Assembly (NCBI GenBank): GCA_000934665.2
Contig: KZ538601.1
Location: forward strand, 1-59,723
Origin: Catajapyx aquilonaris
Taxonomy: Eukaryota
DNA length: 59,723 nucleotides
Reading direction: 5' to 3'
Each line of letters starts with the position of its first letter. The first letter of the stretch is position 1. Shown here piece after piece: positions 38,999 through 51,995 of the stretch. Both the position numbers and the translations under genes were made by a program. The notes beneath the pieces were generated by a model, which searched no databases, was not told where the DNA came from, and saw only the letters and a list, made by a program, of their open reading frames with translations.

Positions 38999-41900
38999 TC
39001 AACGCTGCTTAGGCTTTGTAACTGTCTTTTGATTCTCTCTGCAGTAACAGTAGAGACGCAAGTACGCGTCATTGACACAATCACTCTGCCCTTTGTACAG
39101 GTTGATCCTACTGATGTCCCCCACAACCTCGTAAGTTCCGGTATCATTCCAGCAACGCACAGTGGCCTGGAATTTGGCATGACCGGGCACAGTCATTACA
39201 CTGATCAGATAATCCGACACTTCACGAGGTTCCAAACTGCGAGAACTCGTGGACATAAACGCTCTTGAGTCTTCGACCTGCTCCAGCTCTAGGCGAGCAC
39301 ACTGTGGACTACCTTCCACTAAAACATTTAATCTCTTCAGAATGGCCGTTGTTGCCTTCCTCACCTCTTCACTCTGGCGTGGGACAGGCCTGGACACCTG
39401 GCACATGCAGTAGGCAGGAGGTACTCCCGCCTGCTCACAACTCCTGTCAGCAGGAACCTGCGAGAAGAGACTCACCGGCTGTCGCGTTACGTTGGTGACA
39501 TGGTTGGGTCTGGCTTCTCCGCTGAGGTCCATGTTCAGAATGTCCACTAGGGTCTCGTGCAGATCGTAGTGAGAGGTGAGCTTGTGAGCATTCAGGTGCA
39601 AATTCTTGTAAGCATTGGGATACTGCTCTCGAACCCACTGAGGCAGCCACACGAACAGGTATGGCAGGTGGTCTTCCAGGTACCCGATGTAGGTTTCACG
39701 GAATGTCCCGAACCGAAGACCGTGGTCGCTTAAGAAAATCAGCACGGTGTTGTTCAGAGCTCCGGATTCGATGAGCCCTGTGATAAATGGCTCATAATCG
39801 ACATCGCCTTGGGCCGCGGTGTAGATTTCGTTGTGGCCCAGAGAAACGTGCCACATGAGTCCAAAATATGGATGGTCTCGAAAGCGATTCGCAAAGTCAC
39901 GCCCGTACCCTTGAAGTACAGCTGTGGTTTCAGCTGGACCCATGCAAAAAGGCAGGTAAGTAACTTTGGCCCATTCAGCTTCAGAGGCCAGAACGTAAGG
40001 ACGGAAGTAATAATCGGTTGGCTGCTTGACAAAACCCTGCTTCAAGTAGGTAAAGGTTCCAACATCTGCTGCGTCTTCCATGTACACAGTCACGTGTCCT
40101 TTGTCACTGAAGTTCTTCCATATCAGTGGGCAATCGTCCATCTTGGTTTCAGATGTGGGCTTGCAGAGTGGCGCTAGTTCATCGTCACTGTAACCGCTGA
40201 GGATCGGGATCATGTTGGGAAATGTGTTGTGCCCAACTTTCATGTACCCGTAGAACTCGACTGCACCGTGGGATTTCAACGCATGTATGGTTCTGGGTAA
40301 GGAACGGTGCAGGTTAAGCCGCGACACTGAATCTAGACCCCATAAAAGAACACTGAGAGGGCGAGAAATGGGGTCTTTGTGGTGTAGTTTTTCTACGACG
40401 TTTTTCTTCGCAGGTACCACAGCGTGGAAATTGGTGTACACAGGACGTCTTCGAAGGCTGCATTTGACCCGCACATACTCTTCCTCTTCCCCAAGGTGCA
40501 CCCTGTTCTTGAATGCCTTGCAGTTGTCGTCATACCTGTTAAAATTAATACGAAAATGTCACTAACAGCTGCTTTTAACATATTCAACATAATTCGTAAG
40601 GATTCAACTTTGCTGTGTTTACCGTACTTCTGTCACTACTGTTACAGTTATTACTGTTACAGTGTGATTTAGCATCAGCAAGAAATTTAAACACGCCTGG
40701 AATTTATTATCCGACTGTCATACGTTGTCCAATTAAATGCAACGTCATAGAATATCTCATTCAGTTCACCTAATCACCACCATCATGACAGCGCAGTGCC
40801 TGATTTATTTAAGCTAATATCGGAACTTCTGCACACATAGCCTTGGGGAAACACCATCTGCCATGACTAACTGCCTCCCTCCCTGACACGCACTATATAT
40901 GTCATACAAGTTTGTAACGACGACAAATCGAATATGAACGATTAGTCGAAGTACCAAGAAATTTTCCGTATCTGGAAAAGGTGCGCAAAGTGCAAGGTAA
41001 CGATTCCATCATTCACTCCTTGCCACTTGTCAATGTCTAAACTCAGTGTGGTATGCCCACCTGAACTCGCTGTCAGCATATTTATCATAGTGGTCTTCCT
41101 CTTGGTTGACTCGATGTATGGCCTGATAGCAACAGTTGATGTCCTCAGGGTCGCTGGTACCGTAGTACTTGACAGCATCCAGGTTGATAAGCAACTCCAG
41201 GTCCTTCGTATACGTCAGCAGCGGTTCCTTTGAACACACCACGTGATCTGCCGGACTGAACATGCCGGCAATGGAAGGGTCCATTGGGTCCAGGTCCGGG
41301 ATGCGACACTGCGGAGTGTCCACCAGGTAGTTGGACACTATCACCTGCTTCCATTCCACTGAAAAAATCATAATATCTGATATCACCACTCATTTGCCAT
41401 AATCAACATTTAATTACCAATGCAATGATGTTTCACAGGCATGGCGTGACCCCCCGCCCTGACCCTGCATATTTTGTGGCTTATAATTCATAAGATTGCG
41501 TGACTAACACCCATTACAGTTGGGATTATCAGGTCCCGCATACTGCATGTGTGCAGCTTTCATCTCAATTGGACGCGTACACATGCGTGACTTGTGCCGG
41601 ATTGATTTAACCAGGGGTCGTACACACCCATGTCTTTGTAGACACTCGTGCAGACTGTATATATCTACAGACATCTCTCCAAGCGTCTGACAAAAGTCTA
41701 TTTTGTGCAGTGTGAATTTAAGGCGGTGCTATCATTTTTATGTTGCACTTGTAGAACACCCATGATAAATTTGCCTCTTGACACTGTAGTGTGACTCCTA
41801 CAGTACCGTAATGTGTCACATATTTCAGACACACTCGCTGATATGTACTGTACACAGCACAAAATTGATCCATACAATATACGTATCCCATGAATTAAAG

Positions 41901-42058
41901 GCGGCACGCCTTTAATTCATGGGATACGTATATTGTATGGATACTTTCACGGTACCTTGCTCCTTCAAGTACATGTTGTAGATGGTTAGGAGACCTGTGG
42001 AGACCACGCAGAGGGCCAGCAATAAATAGGTCTTCCTGCATGGCAAACCTCTTTCCAT
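38999..42058 (-). CDS. DUF229-family protein, paralogue 6 (~645 aa)
   Basis: complement(join(38999..40535,41061..41358,41956..42058)). Anchor YLLLALCVVSTGLLTIY; motifs LDSVSR, KVGHNTFPN, GHN, SDHG, LEDHLP, YCYC. Confidence 0.9.
41868..41942. repeat. Perfect 36-bp inverted repeat with a 3-nt loop
   Basis: ATCCATACAATATACGTATCCCATGAATTAAAGGCG-gca-CGCCTTTAATTCATGGGATACGTATATTGTATGGAT. Confidence 0.95.
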
Positions 42059-43768
42059 GGCGAGTAACAGTATCTGAAAATAGAACGATCCTTATGTTTT
42101 AATATCCAAAGCGACATCGATTAACTCGTGCATTGATTTGGATCCCAAAGTTATCGTATCGGAGTGTCCCCAACATTGCATTACATTTTCCCCATTTCAC
42201 AACTCATAACCACAAAGTACTATACATACTTGATTGCATCCTTAAATTCCTATTATGGTACCCTGAGCAAACAGATGATGAACAATAACACACATCTGAG
42301 TCAAAGGAGGAGCCAAAGGAGAATATTCCATCAAAGGGTTTTCTTGTGGACATTTCGTTATTACTAAATGACAAGAGGCTTACAACTGACGTTATGCTTT
42401 ATACCAGTTGGTGCCACATCTAATATAATGAAAGCAGCTGCCACATAATCTACACGCCATTGGGTCACTCTTATGGGCAGTTCTCCAGAACTGTTTGGAA
42501 CCATCCAAGACAAAACAACTTGAGGAAACCCCACCAAGATGCCAGATAAGCGGAATAATATTTCGCCAAAAAAAAACACACCATCGTCAATAAGCTCAGT
42601 GTCGAGAGTTTTGTCTTGAAGCCATAAATCTGTACCAGGATGTTGATAGGATTTGGTGCCCAGAAGTATGTATAATATCACCTTTCTAATGCAAGTAATT
42701 ATATTCTGATAATTATCTGTTGTTCCTTGGAGGCAAAATATCCAGACCACATCTCAATAATATAGTGAAAGGAAACATAATTATATAGACTACTTTTTAA
42801 ATGTAGGCCTATATTACAGCTGGAAGCCTGGGCCGAAATATCACTTATTTTCTGCTGCATATGTCCTGTACAGTACAGCAAATACACCTATTTTTGACAC
42901 GTTTCTCACCCACTGCAGCCGGCAATATATTATTCATGACATAAGTTTCTGGAAAATCATAATTCATTTTAGAACCGTGATTAGACCACCATATGGATCC
43001 AAGTCCTAGGAAACTTTTCTGGCAAATGGATGCTTCGATCCCGCAGTCTGCATGAAAACTCGTTACGAGCAGTACCACAATGCTAGAGTAGCCATAGAGG
43101 CTGAGGTCAAGACCATAACTTCCCAGTTCACATAACGTATTGACATAAACGACTATTTTCTTGAAATGAAAGGGGAAGCTGAGGTCATCAATCATAATGA
43201 ATAGCTCATCACACCAGTATCACATACGGGCTAAAATTAACCCAGGTCATTTGGAGTAATGAAATCTCATCGATCCCACCTTATAGCATGACCAAGCACG
43301 TGAATAAATTACGGCTTCTCACACGGCACTCATAAAGTTTAGTGTGTAAAAATCGATTCTGTCCGCTGACTTTTAAGTTTGGAGGCTATTACTAAAGAGC
43401 TGCGCTTTTAAGGCTCTATCATTACTTTTAATTACAACCACATCAAGTTATTAGTCGTTCCTCTTTATGGTCATCGCATTGACAGGCGGGTTTTAGAACC
43501 TGCTTATGAAGAGAGCTATCATCTCATAGTAACTTGAGCCACACGTTAAAAAATAGGACAGCCTGGGAAAATGCAACGGATAATGATAATTAATCCACGT
43601 CAAGGAAGACAAAGAGTCCCCTGAGTGTTTGCGTGCTCCCGACAAGTGTCATTTTTTTGCCCTACTTGAGTAGCTACTGCTTGAGTCAACTGCTGAGGTA
43701 ACAGGTCCTGTAATGCTTTTGGCTTATAAAGTCAGCAATTTCTTTTTCATGAGTTTCTGACCCTCTGC

Positions 43769-43825
<57 letters not shown>
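43769..43825. repeat. (AAT)19 microsatellite
   Basis: Directly visible perfect trinucleotide run. Confidence 0.98.
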
Positions 43826-43826
<1 letters not shown>

Positions 43827-44537
43827 CGCAACATGAAAGCATTCAAATGAGCTCAAAATTGTAATATTTAATATTCAGAATCTGGGTACCGGTAGTTGCG
43901 AAGCGTGTTTCCCGTCTGTCGTTGCGAAGAGCGTTTCTGTCGTTCCAGAAATAGATGAAATATTGGCAGGCCCTGTAAGAACAATAATCAATGGTGCGTG
44001 GTCAGTGTGAATGTCACCAGCCGCAACGGGAGGTCCAGTTACAATGTTTAAAATTCTTCTATTGTTAATTTTATGATGAGTATAATTGAACGATCCTTGG
44101 AAGCGAGTGCACGTGACATTCGATTTTCCACCCTGGCCCCATTTTTTGCGCTCATTCAACAGAACGAATACTAGTGTGGCTATTTTAGGGTTATGCAAGC
44201 CGCTCTGAACTTACACAACCTACATGTACAGTACTGTACTGTGTGATCAGAAAAGACCGAATTTCAATAATAAAACTGCGGCAGTAGTTTTTTATGATAA
44301 AAGGGATTGTAAAATATTGAAACGAGTCCTCCTATCAATAAAAGCATTTTGATTGATTCATAAATAATCGCATAAGTTGCATAAGTCACTCAGCTTCGAT
44401 TTGGTACATGAATTACAGATTTGAGGAATGGCATTCACTTATTGCTGACCTAATTTCAAATATTGCTATTTTATTGAGTTTCCCTATATACGGGCTCTTC
44501 CGGGCACTGATTCATAATACGGTACAGTTACTACACG

Positions 44538-44579
44538 AGTGCCTTGACAACGTATGCTTGTGACCGGTTGCTATTGAAT
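44538..44579. promoter_or_regulatory. Two X-box-like (RFX) motifs upstream of the 363-aa gene
   Basis: AGTGCCTTGACAAC at 44538-44551 (reverse GTTGTCAAGGCACT) and GTTGCTATTGAAT at 44567-44579 resemble GTTGCCATGGCAAC. They lie 115-160 bp before the ATG. Confidence 0.4.
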
Positions 44580-44694
44580 GAACGTGAGATTGTTGTGCCC
44601 AACACAAAGAAGGTATTTTCCATTATTTTAGGCCCTATCTTCAGGAGGACCTAAACATCAGTCAGCAGCAGGGCGTCCCTAAAAACCCACGAAA

Positions 44695-45786
44695 ATGTAT
44701 CGCGGAAAGGCTATGAGTAATTCAGTCTACCAACATACTTTGAATCTGGAGTGGAAGCCGCCACCGAAATGCTGCGAGTTCCTCCTGCCCACTGTCCGCC
44801 AACCAATTTCGGTATACAAGCGTGACTTTCCGTACCGGCAGCCGTACCCAGTGGATCCCCTGGACCTTCTACGGGTGCAAGTCAACCTGCCCAACTTCTG
44901 CGGCGGCTACTATGGCACCGACACCGACCGCCATAAGACCACGTACGGGCTGACCCACTGCCACAAGAACAACACCAGAGGAGCTCAATCCGTCCCGGCC
45001 AAGATGGAGCAGAGGGGTCCAGAGGTGATCGAGATCCTGAACCCACCACAGGACGATAATGCTTGGAAGACCACCCACAATGAGACGTACAGCGACTGCG
45101 CCATGCCTGACATGTGGTACACCGTGGACAAACCAGAGGTGCGTCCCCCGTCCGACACCGGCGCTGGAAAGATGGGACCTCCTGACCTGGGACCCACCAC
45201 TGACCCCAGCCTGGCTCGAGAGCTGCAGCCAGGTATAAGCGAGATGAAGATGAAGTACGTACCGCACGACTTCACTGGTCTGGCCTCCCGGGACCACATC
45301 GGGTACTGGCAGCAAAACCCGAAGATAACATTCTACAGGAGGAAGGCTAGGAATTTCGTGGATATTAAGAAGGAATCCTGTCCCCGGTTCGAGAGGGTGC
45401 ATCGAACTGCCTGCGTCGTGCCGCACAAGGGTATGACGACCGAAGTCCGTGATAACTTCCGATACAAGCTGGGCTTCCACCGCGACATCTACTTGCGAGA
45501 CCGATGGCACTATTGGTTCCCTGACCCGAGAGACCTGGCCAGCACCCACCCGGATACCTACAACCACGTGCCGGAGATGTACAAGACCGAGAACATGACC
45601 ATCGGAAGCGGACGGTACCACAACGAGATGATTGGCAATGGCCCGATACACTTCCGGGCCGTCAGAGAGGCGTATCAACAATACCCTGCCAGGGTCCACA
45701 AGGATGTCTGTGACAGGCCATGCTTGCCCACCTCTTTCGGCACACCGCCGGAGAGGCAATATCCGGAATTACACTTCACCAAATGA
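44695..45786 (+). CDS. Intronless 363-aa Pro/Tyr-rich protein with repeated Mn-like motifs; candidate axonemal or sperm microtubule inner protein
   Basis: Long GC3-rich ORF in AT-rich flanks, AAAATG start context, ATTAAA ~90 bp downstream. Motifs SVYQHTL, SVYKRDF, TTYGLTH, TTHNETY, SEMKMKY, TEVRDNF. Coding status is likely; the function is inferred. Confidence 0.75.
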   Translation: MYRGKAMSNSVYQHTLNLEWKPPPKCCEFLLPTVRQPISVYKRDFPYRQPYPVDPLDLLRVQVNLPNFCGGYYGTDTDRHKTTYGLTHCHKNNTRGAQSVPAKMEQRGPEVIEILNPPQDDNAWKTTHNETYSDCAMPDMWYTVDKPEVRPPSDTGAGKMGPPDLGPTTDPSLARELQPGISEMKMKYVPHDFTGLASRDHIGYWQQNPKITFYRRKARNFVDIKKESCPRFERVHRTACVVPHKGMTTEVRDNFRYKLGFHRDIYLRDRWHYWFPDPRDLASTHPDTYNHVPEMYKTENMTIGSGRYHNEMIGNGPIHFRAVREAYQQYPARVHKDVCDRPCLPTSFGTPPERQYPELHFTK

Positions 45787-48700
45787 AGGCAAATAGCAAG
45801 GTGCTCTGGTCACTAAAATTGTCTGTAACATATGCAAAACATGTCAAATTGCGTCAAGTCAAATAGTGTTGGCAATATTAAAATTGTGTGCGTATGTAAC
45901 AAAGTGTGTATTGTTCCTCGCTGCCGTCTAGTTGGACATAGGAAGCATGTTGTCTAAAGTATCTTCAAAAGCGGTGCAATCGCGTGCTTTGTGCCACAGT
46001 GCCTTTTCTCATCTTGGTAGATTCAATTATTGGAAATGTTATCATTGCCCGCGACTGCACTGTACTAGTGGAAATCTGAGAACTGGATGGGTGGTCGCGT
46101 AGCCGTGGCTCCTCGGCCTTACTAGTTGCTTCGTTCCAGATCCTCCTGTTAGGTTTCCAGTTACATGTTATTTCCGGCACATATGGCCATGATCATGGGT
46201 TTGGGTTATGAATAATGCTGTTTGCCTTGATTTACGGGATTTGGAGGCTCGTTTCACTTGTGCAATTCGTCACTGTTGTCGACAGAACCCTGGCACCTTG
46301 TCACTTACCTTGCGGCACAAACACATTCGTGACACGGATGCATATGCAACAAACTTTCCCTCTGTCCCTGCAGAATTATCCCTTGCATAACCATATTACA
46401 GGCTCATTGACTTTCAATAGTCACGCTTTTCTGTGAGAACCAAATGACAGCCATGCTGAAGTTACAGCACTGCAAAGGAAGTCCGTTCATTTGTAAGGTC
46501 GCCCTCATGTCATTGCATGCCATATATTTACAGTACTACATGCAGCAAGCGCAGTATAATGCTTTTCCCTGAAGAGCAATAAAACGTCCCCACGTTAATC
46601 GTTGTTGCACAAAACTCATTTGGCAACAAGCGGCTACGTGGAGGTCGCCATTTACATGCACAAAATTCCACGTGAGGCATGACTCATGGTAAATTACCAC
46701 CGTATATTTTTTAAGCAGTCTGGCACGTGAACAGGAACAGGAAGTGTTATAAGAAGGGAAGTGGTTCAAGTTCTGATCATATTACTTATCAACTACCTGA
46801 GAATTAATGACACTTCAATAGCCGCAAGTGACGTTCATGATAATGTTGTAACATTTAACACAAATTATTTTTCCCTAATAATGACCTCACTCTAATCGCC
46901 GCCGGCAGCAATAAAACTTCTGCATCGGCATAACTATGACCAACAAGCCATAAATGACAACGAGTCTACAGTTTTATGCTATATAGGTATACGTGTTGAA
47001 AGAATACTCACTGAAGCAAATAAGCACGAGCTTTAAGGTATTTTTTTGCCCCAATAACAGTAATGATACCAACCAAAACTTTCCTCATTTCGCTGCCTTT
47101 GTAGGACAAGTACGATTGCCTATACAAGTGTAAATCCTGCTTCAAGGAGATATGGAAAATAATCCGTATAACAATATTTGCTCATAGCTAGAGACGCCCT
47201 GATTGTTTCATTATCTGTCAGGTACGAAGCCTCTGTGTCATTGAAACCGACACCAGTCATTTATTAACCTAGCACACTTTCAGCAACGAATGTCAATTCT
47301 ACGTGCTTGCACAAACTACCCTGACGTGTGTTCACGGGTCATAAAGGCTCTGGTACTCAGCGTGTATATATTTAGACTATACTTCCCTCTAATTATCATC
47401 CTCATGCACCCATGTTGCCTGAGTTCTCGTTCCACTACATTACGATCGTTCATTAGGTTATTCAAGTATCCATAGAGGACCTGCTATTTATCAGAGCGCT
47501 CTGAAATATGAAAGCCATTTTGCCAAACATCCCATCCTGTCAGACCTAATACATCCACCTGCCACAACGGAAACACCAGACATCAAAAGACTCCACAGCT
47601 GATTAAGAATCCAACTTATTGAATTTGGCTGTACTCCCAACAATTTGCGTACACTTTGTCCCCAACGTACCGGTACTTATGAGATTGGCCCGTTGACAAT
47701 CTGGTGACTGTCCAAAATATCGGCTAGGTAGTCAAAAATACGCTTGAAATGACCATTGTGCATCTGTACAGAGTCACTTGGTACACATCCCATCAACACA
47801 GCCACGCACTCCGGAGATAACCAGGCACATGCTGCATCCAGGCGTGCTCCTTCCCCCATCAAAAATCGCCATCACACTGCCTCCCCCGATAATATTTCCT
47901 CCTATCAAAGGCAACCAGTTGCTATCCTCAACGACCTTCCCATAGAAAAAAAAAGAAAATAATAGAACCGGTGTTCACCCATAACACGACATGAATCCCA
48001 CAGCAGCACTATACAAACTATAAGTACTCACATGAAAGTGTGGGCACGCCAATCCTTCCCGATGGTCCCCTGACTGGTCTCAATAGGAAGCATTACAACA
48101 AGCCCTAAGGTTTTATGGGTCCGACTGCGCGCGGCGCCGGTCGAAGTGCGGGGCTGTGGCGTCTGTGCACTGCTGCTCCACGATACTGTGCAGCATCCTC
48201 CCTCCTTTCCATGCTTGATGACGTGTTACGCACAGATGCAACTTATGAAACTTGTTGATTTATTTGAGGAGATCAGAAGGGATGAATCGGTGGATTTGAT
48301 TGAGGGATGGTTGAATAAGTGTTGGGTGTTCTGGTGGGTGCGCAAGTTGGTGTGCGCGAAGGGTAGAGTTGCACAACCTTGACATCGATACTTGCATTTG
48401 TTAACCTCACGACCTCTGGGCAAAATTAGATGATTCTCAGTTTCCTGCGGGAGGAATTAGGCTCGGTATGTGTCGGGTGTGTAGTGATGGTACTATCACA
48501 GAACATTGCAGGAAAAGTGTACATTTACATTTTATCGGAGTTGACTAAAAGCAAAATCATTTATCATGATTTTACCAGGCTTTATCATAAACTCATACTG
48601 GCCAGAGGGTTTATCGCACCAGAATGGGTAGTATGCCACCCACTATCAGCAAGGTGATAGTGGGTGGCACACATGCTTCAGATGTTTGTCAATCTGTGCA

Positions 48701-49677
48701 AGCCTGCTAACTGCTGACAGTCAGTGAAATACGATTATCAGTTCAAGTTAAATAAAGAAATAAACTCAATTACTGTACGTCATGTTGACTTATTTGATGT
48801 TTAAAAATGCATGTTGCTATTACATATCCCCAACCCAGCGATCCCCAACAAAATTCCTCCACAACTTTTTTATGATATCCCGCTCTCATTACTTCCACAA
48901 AATAGGCAATAACAGGGCATCACAATAAGTTTGCTAAATTATGTTGATATATGGCTTGCTGTCGGAACTGCCGGTCAAAATGAAAAATTACCTGTGCATT
49001 AAATCGAAATAGCGAGCCTCAGGTTCCCATGGGGCATAATGTAAACTTTGATGTATTTTTGCAGGAGTACAGTATGACAATTGGGCGGACAGAAAATATG
49101 GATAGTTTAGACAGGACATAAATTTTTAACCTTGTCGTACGCTGAGCGATATATAGGTACACAAAGCAGGATAGTAAAAGGTTGAACTAAATAATTATAA
49201 TGTAATAATGAATGGGAGAGGTTACAAATTTCCAACAGACAGTGCTAATATTTCTGTTTTTAATGCTGAATATTATTTTGAAACATTTAATTCTCAAGTT
49301 TCATAGGCGGCTTCAGGTTGAGGGTCGTGGAGTTCTGAGGGTTCACTTCCCTTTTTTGTCACGAACTGCAGTACAACTAATGTGTTGTCATTACGTGCGG
49401 CAGCATTTCGGAGATGGGAGAGACCAATAATACAGTACTGTATATATCTACAGACATTGTCACAGCGCACTACGAAAAAGAAAAGAAGCGTCTGTTGCAT
49501 GATTAGACTCACAGGCATTTCAGACATGTGTTATACTGTCTCAATTATTTGTGGCATGTTCAGTTCGGTCAAAATTTTCGACTTTTTAATTTTTTAGGCA
49601 ATGTTAATGTAAAACTCCGTAAAATGGACCGTCGCAAACACAGGTATACCTGTATTTAATAAACGGTGCAGTGAAAC

Positions 49678-49705
49678 CTCTCTCTCTCTCTCTCTCTCTC
49701 TCTCT
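49678..49705. repeat. (CT)14 microsatellite
   Basis: Directly visible. Confidence 0.95.
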
Positions 49706-50049
49706 GGCTGGGTATTAGTTGTGTGAATTCTCCCATTCAAAAATATACCGCATAATAATTGATAATAATTAATGGCAGATCTGGAATACCTAGCGGCAGA
49801 AATAGGCCGACGTTAAGCCCCACTAAAGATCTGGAATAAGAATTATGAGGCCTGCATTCGTCTGGGGGTAGACGCATGTGTGGTTGTCCTCAAAGAGAAG
49901 ATGCGTACCTGCTGTCTTCAGCTGTTTACATAGTCTATTATTATTGTGATTTCGTGTATGTATGTGTTGTGATTGTTGTAGTGTTCTCATTTTATCGAAT
50001 TCATTATCATCAAACTCATCATATCCTCTGCGTGAACCTGACCAGTCAC

Positions 50050-50164
50050 CAGTGCGGGTTCTCATGGTCGAATGAGATGGCTAGGTCATAATATGACCTA
50101 TATAGTCCATCGCTTGCTACCCCATTATGGGACAACGACGTGATATACAATGAATGAATGAATG
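50050..50164 (+). mobile_element. Possible 3' end of a SINE or LINE
   Basis: Short hairpin CCCATTATGGG followed by ACAACGACGTGATATAC and an (AATG)4 tail. Confidence 0.3.
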
Positions 50165-51538
50165 GCATAAGGAGACAGTGTAATTACTGTTTTGAATTAA
50201 ACTAATAACACCAATTCACTCCAACTTCAATGCGATACACTAAAGATGGTCACTAAGGCCGAGCGCTTACCTGGTATCGAAAAAGCCGCCTATACGCTCG
50301 CATAAGGTGTCCAGGGCAACGTAAATCCATCACTGGTGCATGCAACAAACCGAGTTGAAGATACGTTACCAGCACCATAAATATGGACGTAGTTCGTAAC
50401 TTACCAACTCCAGTGGTATATACGCGGATCTGCAAACGTACATCTGGAATGCAGCTTGCAGATGACTAATTATTATTAAAGCACACATGTGGCAATGCCA
50501 CACTGACAAGTGCAAAGCGTCACAACCACACAATATACGTAGGACATATGGCAAAATTATGCGCAGCAAAATAAACCTAATTCATTTCCTACTGCACACT
50601 TCACCTGGTCTTGGTGTCCTCATAAGTGGCAAACAAAATAATTATGGCAGTTGTCTTCCCTTGGCGCTACACTCTTTCTCCTCAACCTGTGGCTTCCACT
50701 GACAAGTGAGCAGTATTTCGAGCAGCAGCGCTCGTTTAGGTTACCAGCAGGCCACTCTGTAGTGTACACACAATCATCCTTGTGTTCAACCCATCACTGG
50801 AATATGTGTAGTAAAAATGGCCTGTGACTACAACGCCCACTCATTATTCTTGTGGTTATTGTTTCAACCCCATACCAGATATACGTATTGATGTTATTCA
50901 CAAATAAAGGCCCTCCAAATAAAGTTTCCTCACAGTGATACCTGAACCAGAACTCCCATGATCCACGGGCTGTTGTTACTGATTATTTCCTGTTTATTGT
51001 TTGTTATAATGGAGGATCGTGACAATTCCGACAACCTCAGACCAGAATTATACATACAACAGCATATAGGCTACAGTACAATCTGTCTATAGACATATTA
51101 GAGTGGAGTATATCTGTTATACTGTACAAAAATTACCCGTATACGACACAAGTTTCCTTTATATTATGAAAGATAATACATTGACAATCATCCGCAAATA
51201 CCAAACAAATTTTAAGTAATAGTATTCGATGATCTTTCCTCTTTCGCAGTCTTCGTGTACGTCTACCGTAAATTAAGTAATATGGTGACGCCATTCGTAT
51301 CGAAGATGAAGACGCCAAAACTCAATTATGACAATACGATATTAATAACCAATAAAAAGCACAAAAATTGGAATGTTTTTTTTAAAGAAATTCAGGCATG
51401 TAGGGGTGGAAAATATTTTAATTACGCTCAGTGCATAATCATATCACGATGTTATTCTCATTCCCTCCTCCCCTTAAACTGTTGATAAGGCAATACAGCC
51501 CCCCTGACCCAAATACGATACGGTAGGTTAATATAAAA

Positions 51539-51678
51539 GGCTCCGCTAGGCGGGGAACGTGGCGCTGGTGCGCCTCCACAGCTCGCTACTGGATGATCGG
51601 TTCGGATTGGCCCCCTTAGGAACCAACCCAAACCGTCATTTCATTGGACGGTCATCACGTTCCCCGCCTAGCGGAGCC
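51539..51678. mobile_element. 140-bp MITE with perfect 23-bp TIRs
   Basis: GGCTCCGCTAGGCGGGGAACGTG ... CACGTTCCCCGCCTAGCGGAGCC, with AAA on both sides. Apparently nested within an outer inverted pair CAGCCCCCCTGAC (51496) / GTCAGGGGGCTG (~51714). Confidence 0.8.
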
Positions 51679-51748
51679 AAACTACAACACAGTGCTGGAT
51701 GTGTCAGGGGGCTGAGCACTGATCTCTATATGTGTATATTGTATACTA

Positions 51749-51983
51749 TAGGGTGTTTCCGAGCTAATTTTACAAACTTCTAGGGGTAATAGCGGGGACC
51801 AAGACAAACCTGTTTTATATAGGAACCAGTGTCCGGAAATGCTACTGAGCACACCCGTTCCTTGTCTATGAACCCTCTCTATAGATGGCGTTTCCGGACA
51901 CGAGTTCCTATACATGAAATATGCTTGTCTTGGTCCCCTCTATTACCCCTACAAGTTTGTAAAGATAGCTTGGAAACACCCTA
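51749..51983. mobile_element. Tc1/mariner-type MITE, ~235 bp
   Basis: TA|TAGGGTGTTTCC...GGAAACACCCTA|TA with ~95-bp imperfect TIRs. A second family member lies at 1-94. Confidence 0.85.
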
Positions 51984-51995
51984 TACAGTACTATA

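Larger units (their letters stand above)
36749..42945. repeat. Segmental duplication copy A (carries DUF229 paralogue 6)
   Basis: Colinear, same-orientation near-identity to 53656-59256 through exons, introns and flanks, from CAATTTTGTAC..CTTTTTAGCACTGTA to TATTCATGAC.TAAG. Several indels, e.g. ~37538-37715 is absent from copy B. Confidence 0.95.

Noticed and set aside
44869..45759. 296-aa ORF on - overlapping the 363-aa gene
   Set aside because: Antisense shadow of a GC3-rich coding strand; V/G/L-rich composition and no motifs.
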